Positions 38,782-51,300 of a stretch of 64,000 nt of DNA are shown here, piece by piece. The position numbers and the translations under genes were made by a program. The notes under the pieces were generated by a model that was given only the letters and a program-made list of their open reading frames with translations, was not told the origin of the DNA and made no database searches. Every line of letters starts with the position of its first letter. The stretch's first letter is position 1. Source of the stretch: Phoronis australis (Eukaryota; Animalia; Phoronida); the NCBI GenBank assembly GCA_002633005.1, contig NMRA01000065.1, positions 482,648 to 546,647 on the forward strand, in the 5' to 3' direction.

Positions 38782-39764
38782 GATGATTGTCTGAAAGACA
38801 ACGAAAATTTGAGTGTTGAGCAGATAAGAACGACGCACTGTAAATCTCTTGGGACACCAACTTAACTGGAAATGGTTAATTGTTGTATGAAAGAAATATC
38901 AAATTACAAGAACTCGTCTGAAGGCGTCAAATGACATTAAACACACCAATTAGGAATTTCTAAGCAGTTAACCTTCATTCGACTTTCTACCCATTCTACT
39001 CAGCAACGATAACTTTCTTGATCTTGACTCAATTCATTTGCAGTGTCTCTTATCATTTGATTAGTAAACGCTTTAGTGTTAAAACATCTAATACGCCTTT
39101 GAGGGAAAATCCATTTCTTGGCAAGAAGTACCACCGGGTTACGAAATAGCACTCTAATGAGGTCATTCTCTTTGCATGCGTAAAGCTGAATTCGCTTGGA
39201 GACGACCTCTTTCAAATTTTAAGAGAAAATTCGACAAATATTCATCGATGAACATGGCCAAGTTGGGAGACAATTTAAGCTGGCTTGTCAACGAGTGTTA
39301 ATCTGTTTTATAAGACCGCGACAGTCTCCAGTGATAACAAACTTATAGTTCTTGCCAAACCTGGAAACCATGTCTCATCTGGGTAAGGAACTACTTTGAA
39401 CACTTTTGTACCGTTGCGACTGATTTCAGAAAACTACTCTTTCGCCGATAATGCCACTTAAGGTTGGGCCCCGGCTAGAAAATATCCAAATCTGGCTATC
39501 TTCGGGACATCAAATCTCAAAAATGGCTGATCGTATACAAACGAAACCTTCAGATATTATGCATCAAGCACTATTCCCCAAAAAGATCACGAAATGTTTT
39601 TAAATGCTTTACTTTAGGATGAAGGGTTATAAAAATAAGACTTAGGGGTTGGATAAAACAAAAACGAAATGGTTTTATGGAAAACTATAATTATAGCGTT
39701 TTTGAGATTTCATATTGAATATTTATACCAAATTAAGTTTGATCATGCTTTTGATACCATTGTT

Positions 39765-40015
39765 TTGCTATCGATGTACCATAATTGTACGTGTTTTGCT
39801 ATCAATATACCATAATTGTACGTGTTTTGCTATCAATGTACCATGATTGTACGTGTTTTGCTATTAATATACCATAATTGTACGTGTTTTGCTATCAATG
39901 TACCATAATTGTACGTGTTTTGCTATCAATATACCATAATTGTACGTGTTTTGCTATTAATATACCATAATTGTACGTGGTTTGTTATCAAGATATCACA
40001 ATTGTACATGTCTTG
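39765..40015. repeat. 31-bp minisatellite (ACCATAATTGTACGTGTTTTGCTATCAATAT)n, about 7-8 copies
   Basis: Direct reading. Confidence 0.92.
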
Positions 40016-41107
40016 CTATTTTCAGATAATGTGTACTTTGACTGAGTTAAAGAAGAATACCACCCAGAAAACAACCTATTTTGTATCAATTTAGATCGAG
40101 TAGTTCTACTCGATAACGGCACGTTCGGTTGCATTACCTGACACCTGACGGTAGACGGAGGTGTTGAAATTATTCAATGACGTCATTGGTTTCACACGCT
40201 GTCTGTTCAGCAGTTCACAACACGGGTTACTGGTGTCAGCATATCACTTGAATTCATCGTTTAACACCAATAAATCATCAAACTTCGGTGTGAAACCCTT
40301 AAAAATACACCGAGTTCTTATTAAAAGGGGTTGTTTTATTTCGCTTACGGATTTATTGGTATTTGGACACACCATAGCCTACAAAGTTTGGCAGGCCAAT
40401 TTATCAAGGTCTGTAGCAGGAGTTTGGAGTCTGTTCGGAGATAAATTCGAAGTATTCTTCTGTGAAATACAGACAGGAGAACCTAGGTTTATGTTGTTTA
40501 TACTTGTGATATTTTTAGTTTTTAACACACAAAACGCTTGTTATCCCGGCCAGTGGCCAGTGGCTCGGAACCCGATCAGGCCAGTCGCGGCCGGACTGAC
40601 TCGTTATCCAGGCCAGTGGCTCGGAACTCGATCAGGCCCGTCGCGGCCGCCGAACATAAACCAGCTTGAGTTAGAAACTAAACCTCCAGTCACGAAAAGA
40701 CTATAATAGTGAGCCAAAGAAATAATGTGTACGTGATTATTTATGTGAATTAGCCACGAAACTGAAAATCTACTTAGGCCCGTTGTCGGGGGGCGCGAAG
40801 TCGGGTTCCCCTTCCACAGACCGTCAGGGCAAAGGTTGTACAGTAACAACGATTTGAATAATGTATTTGTATTTCTAAGTACAGATTCCACTAACATGTG
40901 ACCATAGCATATAAAATCGAGTTATAGTTTCACAACAACTTTCTGTCAGCAAACACTGAATTAGTATGCGCTCACACGGTCTCGGTGCCCGGTCATTTAC
41001 TTTTATTGCCGGTATCAAGAGCCGGTAACGCCGTGGTAAATTTATTGCTGGCATTTCAACATTTGCACTCACGAATACTGCAAAGGCATTGCAAATTGTA
41101 TCTAATG

Positions 41108-41355
41108 CATGCGCGCACCCAGCCTTTACTATGGGGGGTCGAATTTCTGACGAAGTGGACCTTTTCCTGAAAAATAAAGCGGGAAGACTAAAAAAAGGTA
41201 CCACCTTCAGGACTGTGAAATATACGTCTGCGCCTTTTTAGTGGACTTTTGTCACGTTTTCTCGGACTTTTTGTTTCTCTGAGGCGGACCTTTTTGTCCA
41301 CTTTGCCAAATGGAGGGCTCCTTTGAGCCCCCGAGCCCCCCTGGGTTTGCGCATG
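41108..41355. mobile_element. CATGCGCGCACCCAG MITE inserted in Kolobok-like copy 1, TSD TAATG
   Basis: TAATG|CATGCGCGCACCCAG...CTGGGTTTGCGCATG|TAATG. The empty site ATCTAATGAGACAG is visible in copy 2 at about 60868-60880. Confidence 0.9.
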
Positions 41356-41567
41356 TAATGAGACAGACTTTGTTTCAGTTTTATATAAGCATTAGTTAGT
41401 ATGAGAATAATTCATTTTGAAACAGAACGCAGAATAATAAATGTCTAGGCCTACATGGCAACTCGCCCGGAGCCAATCCCGACTTAGTCAAGAGCTCATC
41501 CGACGAAGACTTCACGGGTCGGATCGTTAGGTTTCACGGGCTATCAGTTCGAACTGGAATACACCGA

Positions 41568-41867
41568 TCAAGAAATACTAGAGAGGCGCCATGAACATGC
41601 ACAGGCACCGAAACGTGTGGATAGTTCTTTGGTAAGCCGGAAATCGTCAGAGAAATCACTGTCAACGAAATGCCGGCCACAGAGACGGAGATCTTTCACT
41701 GCCTCATACTTGCTATTAACAGCGTACCTTTCATTCTTCACTACCGCGAGGCACTTCCTAAACATTTGGGGCTCTGGAGGAAGTCGAAAAAACGACATAC
41801 CCGCTTTCTTTGCAGCTTCATAGTTCGGACAAGCGGGAACGATGCACCACAATATAGCGGCATTCAC
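41568..41867 (-). pseudogene. THAP (C2CH) zinc-finger relic within the transposon
   Basis: CIVPACPN...SFFRLP...RLCGRHFVDSDF fits the THAP pattern. The start is ATA here but ATG in copy 2, which instead has a TAA after CPN. Confidence 0.8.
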
Positions 41868-42084
41868 TCTGCAGACGAACCATTGACGTCGCTGCGTCGT
41901 TTCTCACCTTCTTCACAGGTTAACGCGACACCTCTCGGCAAGGTGAGGCCGACCGTATAAGAGGCGATGTGGATATAGAATGATTAAGACGGTAAAAAGT
42001 CTAATTAAATCGGGTGGCATTCTCCTTTCGCCCAGGCGAAATTCTACAGGCTTTCTACTTTAGAATACATGTACTTTCTGTAGC

Positions 42085-42370
42085 CTACTTGACCTTGAAC
42101 CGACTCACGTGAGCCGTATACAGGGGTTGCGAGGCATTGGCCTTTTGGGAAGATTTTTGTGTTTTGATCGCAAATTTGTTCCGAACTCGCTAGAGCAGGA
42201 CGCTGTAAATGCTATCAAGAGAAAAACAATTACTTATGGTTTGTTGAATCCCCGTTTTGTGTAAATTTATTGAAATCTGTGTTTGATATGGATGGCTGAA
42301 GTGAAGCACCCGTGGAATTCCTATCCCGAGTGTCAGACCTCTTATTACTATGTATAATGTATTGGAGGTT
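42085..42370. mobile_element. Diverged solo arm of the foldback element at 45103-45974
   Basis: Shares TTTTGGGAA.ATTTTTGTG.TTTGATCGC.AATTTGTT and TTTGATATGGA.GGCTGAAGTGAAGCACCCGTGGAATT with about 45612-45880. Confidence 0.75.
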
Positions 42371-43369
42371 GCTTGTGTCGTCAATAAGATCCTACTTATA
42401 GAAAGAGAACTTAGATTGCGGTACTTTCCCGATCACAGAAGTGACCACCGACAATTCTGTTTTTGCATTCACATTGACACTGCTCTTTTCAAGTCATAAA
42501 AACCTTTTCTCATGGGCTGCACTAGAACTGACAAATCGTATACGACTTACCAAGGCTAGTGGTTCTGAATACTTGTATACGCACTCCGATTAGTCGACTA
42601 CTACAGTCCGGGGTGCCTAGGTGGAGCTTGACTAATTTTCAGTCTCAACACGCTTCATCTTGAAATCGACACAATAATATTGAAGAATGGTTTCGCATTT
42701 CGCGTTATTTGTCCTTCATTTGGAGTGAAATACCATTAATCTTTCATGTACATGTGATATTGAAGAAGCGTATGGCTTGCGCAGTGAATTCCTATCGAAC
42801 AATTTGCATATGAAATGATCATATATTAGCCTGTTTCCGCTGTGATGGGCGCAGATAATTTAATTTTAATTATCTCACGTTATGATTTCGAACATGTGCA
42901 GGTCAATTTTTGGCTTATCGCATAACGATCAGTTGGTCTGTTTGTTTTTAGGTGACGAGACATGTGGGCTCTGCTTAAAAAAGATCTAGCGGTTAAATGT
43001 GGCCTTAATGCGAGTGCATGACGGAATTATCCAGTTTAGATTGTTACTAGCATTTGTGATATCCCGTCACCTAAAACGTTCAATGGAGCGAGAAAACATA
43101 CGTAGTAACTATGCATCAGTACTTAACATAGATAATCAAATGACTTGTTGTTAAGCTTTTTGTTACTCTTGTATTAGTAATTTATATGTGAACGCTATCA
43201 TTTCCGGACTGAGTGGTGTGATGGTTCATCGAAAGCCATCTGGTGAAGAATTACTTTCGCGTACCTCCCTTTTTTATTTTCCCAATTAGTAAAGTTCCTA
43301 AAATTTTTACTAAAACAATCGCTATATAGATTTTTGTCAGCCTCATTTTACCTGTATCATATATAATCT

Positions 43370-43797
43370 GCATCATCATCGTATTGCTCGTCATCGTCAT
43401 CATCATAATTGTCGTCGTCTTCGCCGTCGACGTCATCAAAACCACCATCACCCTCCTCTTCATCGTCCTTGTTTTCTTCATCTTAATAACAATCATCATC
43501 ATAACTATCAAGATTGTCCTCCTCCTCATCGTCATCATCATCATCATCATCATTCTGGTCATTATCGTCAGCATTATTTCGTGATTGTCATCATCCACAT
43601 CATTATTATTGCTATCATTTTTATTATCATAACATTGTCGTCGTCATCATTTTCATTTTCATCATTATCATCATCAACATCAATCATAACATTGTCGTCG
43701 TCTTCATTTTCATCATCAACATCACCATCTTCCTTATCAGCATCCCTGTCGTCGTCGTCACATCATTGGCCTCGTCGTCTTCGTAATCACTGTCATC
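43370..43797. repeat. Degenerate (TCA/TCG)n trinucleotide low-complexity tract
   Basis: Direct reading. It produces the poly-Ser/Ile/Met spurious ORFs. Confidence 0.9.
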
Positions 43798-43804
43798 AGG
43801 AGAA

Positions 43805-44030
43805 GACACTGTGGCTCAGTGGTTTGAGCTCCGGACTCCAGTTTGGAGACGCGAGTTCAAATCCTGGCTTTCGACTGGCTGGCAATCAAGCATTGCACAA
43901 GGGTGTCTCCTATTCCTCTGAACTCGATCTTAGAAGTGAATGTATGCAAGGGAGTGAATGAGAACCTGGATATGCAATGCGAAAACGATTTCTGGGCGTG
44001 TGCTCATATATACGAGTGTAATGTTTAAAA
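43805..44030 (+). mobile_element. tRNA-derived SINE-like element (3' boundary approximate)
   Basis: Pol III A box TGGCTCAGTGG (43812-43822) and B box GAGTTCAAATCC (43853-43864) at tRNA-like spacing. No intact cloverleaf seen. Confidence 0.6.
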
Positions 44031-45102
44031 CACTTCATCATCACCGACAGTGTCTACATTGTTGTCATTCATCATTATCATAATCATCATAGACACCACC
44101 AAAATACTGACATTCGTTTAAGAGTTTGAGCATACTAAATCATCAACGGGAGTTTTCGAGCGTTTATCTGATAGTGAAATTCTGTATGGCTAGCGTGTAC
44201 TCGAAGTAGGTTCGCCTATGTTGAAATAGATTTGGAACTACTTTTTAGTCTGAATTATTCACAATAAACGACATGCCAGTATGGCAGGTGTATCTGTGTG
44301 TTTATCGTACGGCTGTCGGTTCTGTCCAGTAGACGAAACATTCTTTATTGTCTAATTTCTGATTAAATATTGATTTTGGTAACACAAACATTGTCTTGTG
44401 TCTTCGATATTGATTATTTTAGTAGTAGGTATACGCGTGTTGATAAACTGAACTGGTTAACGATTCATATATCGAACGTATGAGGTGACAGCGCACTTCA
44501 CTGCTAAATCTACGAGTTTTAGCATGGGGTTTTTACTGGGCCAAGCTCCTGCGAATTCGAAACTCTCCTTCGGAAGTTCTGCCCCTGCACTTTTGAAAGT
44601 GTTGATCAAGGCTGCGTTCCCTAGACGTTAACGATAATGTCATCACGTGTTTCTCTTGTATAATGCATGGCGATGTGTCTCGTAATCTTGCGTGGTCTTA
44701 CCGCGTGTTCTGGTTTTGTTATACGTGTGAATATTTCAATCTTCTCCTGCAATATGACGTTCTGAAGAACACGAGAAAAAAGGCCAATAGTCAATCTATC
44801 AAGATTTGACAAGTCTTCTAATTAAGTTATTAATGGCTAAGTTGAACAGCCCACACCACAACATCACAACTGTCTAAAACTGGCACTGATCACTCTAGTG
44901 TTGGGGGGGGGGCAAGCTAAAACCCGCTAATTAACAAAGTTATTGACTTTTTACATTGGGATTACTGTGTTTAAACTTGACTTACAGAAACGCCGAGGAA
45001 GCTAAGTAGGTCATTTTACGTCATTAAGTAAGCAACACTGTCATTAATGTGTCACCAATTATAGCCAATGAAAAGCAAGGTGACATACAGAGAGGAACTT
45101 TC

Positions 45103-45974
45103 TGTAACGCCGTGCAGCTTGAGTTACGCTACACAAAGACAAGACGTGTTCCAAATTGCATCACTTTCAACTCCCAGGCGTCCTCAGCTTCTGATCGTCC
45201 CCAATACACTATATATAATACTACAAGGTATGGCACTCCCGACCAGAAATTCCACCGTAGGGTACTTGCTTCACTTCAGCCGTCCATATCAAATACAAAA
45301 CTTAATAAATTTACACAAAACAAGGTTTCAACAAACCATTAGCAATTGTTCTTTCTTATAATACCATTCACGGTGTCCTGATCCAGCGACAATGCAACAA
45401 ATTCGCGATCAATGCACAAAAATGTTCCCAAAAAGCCCACGCTTCGAGCCTCCTTGGACGGTTCGAGGTCAAGGACGGTACGGAATTATCCGATGAGTTA
45501 CGGATGGACGGCAATTGCCGGTTTCTCACGGAAGGTTACGAAATGGTCTGGCTAATGTGGAGTTTTCGATGTCGTGACAGTCCGTGACAAATCGGCTGTT
45601 GCCGTACCGTCCTTGACCTCGAACCGTCCAAGGAGGCTCAATGCGTGGGCTTTTTGGGAACATTTTTGTGCTTTGATCGCGAATTTGTTGCAATCTCGCT
45701 GGAGCAGGACACCGTGAATAGTATTAGAAGAAAGAACAATTGCTAATGGTTTGTTGAAACCTTGTTTTGTGTAAATTTATTGAGTTTTGAGTTTGATATG
45801 GACGGCTGAAGTGAAGCACCCGTGGAATTTTTGGTCGGGAGTGCCATACCTTGTAGTATTATATTTAGTGTATTGGGTACGATCAGAAGCTGAGGACGCC
45901 TGGGAGTTGAAAGTGATGCAATTTGGAACACGTCTTGTCTTTGTGTAGCGTAACTCAAGCTGCACGGCGTTACA
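45103..45974. mobile_element. Foldback element with inverted arms of about 375 bp and TGT...ACA termini (Ginger-like ends)
   Basis: 45103-45483 is the near-perfect reverse complement of 45602-45974, with a 118-bp spacer. Flanks are CTTTC and CTTTG. Confidence 0.88.
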
Positions 45975-46039
45975 CTTTGCGCCGTCACAACCAGGCTTTG
46001 AAGGCGATTCCTAGAATCGTCCACGAAGAATCGAGTTAA

Positions 46040-46405
46040 GATAATGTCCAGGAAATCACAGTTTATAGATTTCAGGAAATGCAGCGGCTCCGTAAGAAGA
46101 GAGAGTAAGCATAATGCCACCGGTATTCTGAATACATCAGATGAGTGGAAGGCTTCATCAGATTTAGGCCACCAATCATTATTTACAGTCCATATTATTC
46201 AGACATCACAGAGACCAGCTATCATCCTTTACTCAGACAAGTCACGACAGGTAGTTATCACTGAGTTGACTATCCCATGGGATAGTAGATTTGAGGAAGT
46301 TCATGAGAGGAAACGCCCAAACTATGAAGAACTCCAGGGAGTTTGCGCAGGCAATGCCTAGAGTACTTAGTTGTTCCCAATGGAGATGGGCTGCAGAGGC
46401 CTCAT
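46040..46405 (+). mobile_element. Fragment of the RLE domain of an R2-group (Hero-like) non-LTR retrotransposon
   Basis: WKASSDL...TSQRPAIILYS..SRQVVITELTIPWDSRFEEVHERKRPNYEEL, then (P)MEMGCRG after a stop. This fits the RPD..ELT.PW..K..Y..L..E.G.RG signature, with the catalytic D mutated to A. Confidence 0.75.
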
Positions 46406-46407
46406 TG

Positions 46408-47176
46408 CTACGGAAGACTTGTCCTTACAGAGTCGTTATTGTTGATACGGAAGATTTGTCCTTACAGGGTCATTATTGTTGATACGGAAGACTTGACCTT
46501 ACATGGTCATTATTGTTGATATGGAAGACCTGTCCCTACATGTTGATATGGAAGACTTGTCCTTACAGGGTCATTATTGTTGATATGGAAGACTTGTCCT
46601 TACATGGTCATTATTGTTGATATGGAAGACTTGTCCTTACAGGGTCATTATTGTTGATATGGAAGACCTGTCCTTACATGGTCATTATTGTTGGTATGGA
46701 AGAATTGTCCTTACAGGGTCATTATTCTTGATATGGAAGACCTGTCCTTACATGGTCATCATTGTTGATACGGAAGATTTGTCCTTACATTGTCATTATT
46801 GTTGATATGGAAGACTTGTCCTTACATGGTCATTATTGTTGATATGGAAGACCTGTCCTTACATGGTCATTATTGTGGATACTGAAGACTTGTCCTTACA
46901 GGGTCATTATTGTTGATATGGAAGACTTGTCCTTACATGGCCATTATTGTTGATGTGGAAGACTTGTCCTTACATGGTCATTATTGTTGTTATGGAAGAC
47001 TTGTCCTCACATGATCATTATTGTTGATATGGAAGATTGTCCTTACAGGGTGATTATTGTTGGCGGAATACTTGTCCTTACAGGGTCATTATCGTTGATA
47101 CAGAAGACCTGTCCTTACATGGTCATTATCATTGATACGGAAGACCTCTCCTTACAGTGTCATTATTGTTGATACG
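46408..47176. repeat. 37-bp minisatellite (GTTGATATGGAAGACTTGTCCTTACATGGTCATTATT)n, about 20 copies
   Basis: Period of 37 (46801 to 46838); head-to-tail with scattered substitutions. Confidence 0.95.
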
Positions 47177-48228
47177 GCCTTCTTTGTGATTATTGTCGGA
47201 TGAGACAGACTGTTTCAGTAAGGTAATTAGCTATGGGTATAAAACAATAAAATGCGTAATGTTTTTGTACAAATCGCCATTTTTTGCAATGGCTACCAGG
47301 CTTTTGCTGAAATCAAGTCACCACTTAAATATGTTTAAAATAATCTATTATTGATCAAACGCGGTTTTGTTCGTCAACAGAGCGTTTGGCTGCGAACGCG
47401 AAGCTTCCCCGTTAGAATTCGCGCTCGGGCTGATTTCAGAAGAACGACTTTTCTAGCCAATAATGCAAACTTCAAGAAAAAATCGGGCATTCATCGTGTG
47501 GATGTGCCTTTTGAAAAGAATCCCAGTCTGGAAACATACAAACACTGAATTGCATGTGTTAAATTTTAAAGGAGCCATTGTGTAATAACATTTGTAGCTC
47601 TTTATACGTAAAATCAAAACCTTGAATCTCGTCAGTTATTAATCATAATTATCAGAATAATGTCATAGATACTTTAAAATCGACAGATATGTATTCGCAT
47701 ATCAACCATCTTTTTGATCAATAATATGAGCATAATACGACTTATATTTCTCGTGATGAATTGTGAAAGACTGCCCCTCGTATCCCGATGGTTCTATATC
47801 GCTGAAGCCCTAATTGTTGAAAAAAGGAAATCTACAAGCTACCAAACCCTTGTAAAATTATGGCAGACCTTAATTTGTATCCAGAGGCATTTGATGATTG
47901 AAAAACGAATTCTAATAATCTACCCCAAAATTACCTCAATTGTCTCCGAATCTGTATGATTATATTCGGTTTCAATGTTGTAACTTGTCAAAAAACAAGA
48001 CGACGTTTTTATATGCTTATATCTTCGCAAAAAGTGTAGAAATCGTACAGCTTGATGGAACATCTTGTGATAATGAGGAAATGATCACATCCGATGTGAT
48101 CAATAAATACTTCAAGCAGCCAGAGTTGATGGACAACATACATGTTGAGATGCAGGCGTGTAAAATAAATTTGCTGCGATAACAGTATAATTTATACCCA
48201 TTTGCAACCTTATCTGGATATACATTAC

Positions 48229-48365
48229 CATGGGCGGCGCAGCACTGAAAAAGTGGGGGCTAAATCCCTCCCCCCAGCCCCCTTGTAGTGCGCTGCCTGT
48301 AGACCATGGGCGGCGCAGCACTGAGAAAAGTGGGCCACCCATCCCCCTATGGTGCGCCGCCCATG
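48229..48365. mobile_element. Small MITE with 13-bp TIR CATGGGCGGCGCA and an internal duplicated left end
   Basis: CATGGGCGGCGCA at 48229 and 48305; TGCGCCGCCCATG ends at 48365. TSD is not clean. Confidence 0.6.
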
Positions 48366-51300
48366 CATATGAACAGAACCTCGGGAAATGATACATAAAA
48401 GTGGTCATATGACGGCCATCTTGAAAAATGACATTTACGTTGTAATTTAAGTCGGTCTGCTTTTTCCTTCTTAAAATACCGTATAAGGAAAAATTTGTGT
48501 TTCAGTCAAGTTTCGGACTCGTTTCAGGAGGTGAACAATTGTTTAAGTTATCTGCTCCACTATGAAGAAATTGTTGGCAAAGCGACATTGCAGATGTATG
48601 CGTATAGCACTTATTATTTTCAGTTAGCAAGTAATTTCATATTATACCTTGTGTTTTATCTGTTGATGTTCCAAAATCGCGTTTTTTCTTGCCATATGTT
48701 TTATTAATCAAACATTTATGTTGGTCTCTGATGTACACTAATTTTGCTGGAAAAAACCGGCCACACGTGATTGTTTTTATTGACCATATACGTTTATATT
48801 CCTGAAAGCGGTTGAGCTAGGAGGTGCCCCTGTGCTCTATTTTTTCCAGGGTGCCCACAAGACGGAGCTGTGACACTGTGCACGGGTTTTCGAGTATTCA
48901 AAAATGCATAAGATCGAAACTCCGGGAGAATAAATTAAAAACCTGAAGATAATTTGACATACCGGGAGAATTCACGGAAATACTGGAGACTCCGGAATTT
49001 TCTGAGAGAGTTGATCTGTATACTATTGTACGTGAATAAGGGTTCCGATCACATCCGCGAAGCACGCGCCCTTTGCTCTCGCGATTCTGCGTAATCTTGC
49101 GGGATCTCGTCAAATTCTCAAGAAACTACTGACCGCACCAAAGGCCCACAACGTTCCGTGTCGACCCAAGACACTCACGAAAACGCAAGACTTGGCGAGA
49201 TATCGCTCTACATTACTAGCTTTACTTTCGAAAGTTTTGCGACTATGGAACACAGCCCGGTATGATGACGTCTTGCAACCCTCAGATAAATTTCGCAGTG
49301 CACTGCTTTCCTCGGATGCGAGAATCTTGCGAGTAGAAGATAGTGAGGTCACGTACTTCGCTTGCAATGCATGAAGATATCACGCAAAGTTATCTCCCTA
49401 AGACTTGCGAGATCACACAAGTCGTCACGTGATCTGGCTTTTCGTTACAAACAGCACGTTATCGCGTTTTCACTCGCGTGCATCCTGCGCATTGTTAAAC
49501 GGGTACCACAAAGTGCCATGACGTCAGCGAAAGAAGGACAAAAACATGCTTCTTATTTTAACTATAAATGTTTTAAATAAAAATCAAGCTTTATTATTCT
49601 CGTTTCAACAAACTCATCTTAACATATTTGAAGTGGGCCCACTTTCAGGGCATGTAGGAGAATTACATACGATTCACAAGCCATCATGCCATGCATCCAG
49701 AATTTTGTCTGTATCAACTGGCTGTAATGCTTTTGGTGCTTATATAACCAAGAGGTGGCAAGAATTCCGCGATAATACCTTTAAAATCCAGCTACGATCC
49801 CCTAAGCTCCAGTTCCTGTCCAAAAGACCACAAACCCATGGAACAAATCTTCAGTAACTAGTTGAGCACTGTCTTTTGTGGAAAAACTAGATTGAATTAC
49901 ATGAATCGTGGATACGTTGTAATTAATTTTAGTTGTTTGATACACATGCATAATTTTATCTTCATTTATTGTAACTGTTAGGGGGAACATTCGATCTGTG
50001 TCTGCATAAATTGTAAGTTGTGTAAATTTACTGATTTCATTAAACTTGTTGACCAAGAAAACGTGCATGCAAATGTCGAGATAATATACATGAAGTGGGT
50101 TATGGTGGCCATTGGTTCCATAAATTATGCAAATTTACCATGCAACAGCATGTAAACTGTGCTACAAGCACAAAAAGATTTTTAAATAGTCTTAATTTGC
50201 ATATACTATGCCAATTCACGATTGATTCATCTTTGAACAAACTTTCAAAACATTGGTAAAACATCTAAATTATCATCTGTGGTGGTTAATCGGGAAGTTA
50301 TAAGCAAGAATATATGTTTACATAAAGGCGGCCTTAATCCACATATTTAAAAACACTCAAGGTTGTCAGGATTACAATCCAGATATAAAATGCTTCTGAG
50401 GGTCCACCTCAATATGAAACGACTAAAAAAACTTACATTACCAAGAACATCTACGCCCCCTATGGGTGATTACGTTTATTCAATTACCCCGTTGTAAACT
50501 ATAACGCATAATACATAAGTGCTGAGATTACAAGGTTTCTTAAATTCCTTCCGGTCGGTTAGAAGCAATTTGTAGACGATGACTCAATTACCTTCATTAG
50601 CGAATGCCTAAACGAATTACAATTACATCCACAGTTGCAACGCATCACCGGTGTACACTGTTTGAAAATGGTTGATGTTTTTTCGCCTTTGAACGTTATC
50701 AAAGTGCTTTATGTTCTTAGCATTGCCTTTTTCTGATAAAGTATTCTTATAATCGTCTGACTTTTACTTTCTTCTCCACAACTTCTATACTTTTTAGAAG
50801 ATTCTGTGTAATAAAAGGAGCTTTTGAAAACCATTTCTGAGATGCCTGTACAGACAACCTCGTCCAACTGTGTCTGGGCATGCGCAAAAGTGTCACGATC
50901 AATAATGACAAAAAATAAAATTGTAATGCGGGCAAGTTTAATTTGGTTTACATAAAGCCCGCGCATTACAATGCAAACAAATGGCGGTGTGGGCATTTTA
51001 ATAAATGCAAAGCGACTCAGTGACTATTTGTTATCATACTTCTGACATTTTTGTCTCAGTTATCCTTTTTTGAATAAAAACTCTTGTTTACCAGCGTACA
51101 GGATACAACTTTTCTTCCCCGACATTGTCGCCGATAAAATTAAAATCATCGAGCTCACTGGTTCACAACAGACAGACGACCAAATGGCAACTTGTGGAAT
51201 ATCAAACACATTTGATCGAATGACGTTTTGTGGCGCTTTGTTGTATCGTGTGCGCTTGACGCCGGTTATTTGTTGTGACCGAGGTCAAAATCGATGATTT

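Larger units (their letters stand above)
40051..42026 (-). mobile_element. Kolobok-like non-autonomous DNA transposon, copy 1, with THAP-domain relic
   Basis: TTAA|AGAAGAATACCACCC ... GGGTGGCATTCTCCT|TT (13/15 TIR match). Homologous along its length to 58810-61534. Confidence 0.78.

Noticed and set aside
40161-40706. 181-aa ORF inside Kolobok-like copy 1
   Set aside because: GTG start, no domain, and the frame is not preserved in copy 2.
43805-43875. Functional tRNA gene
   Set aside because: A and B boxes are present, but I could not build convincing acceptor and anticodon stems; better read as a SINE head.
43251-43961. Poly-Met/Ile/Ser ORFs resembling membrane proteins
   Set aside because: They derive from the (TCA)n low-complexity tract.
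45049-46120. Paired similar ORFs on opposite strands (45049-45361 plus, 45743-46120 minus)
   Set aside because: A consequence of the inverted repeat arms; no recognisable domain.
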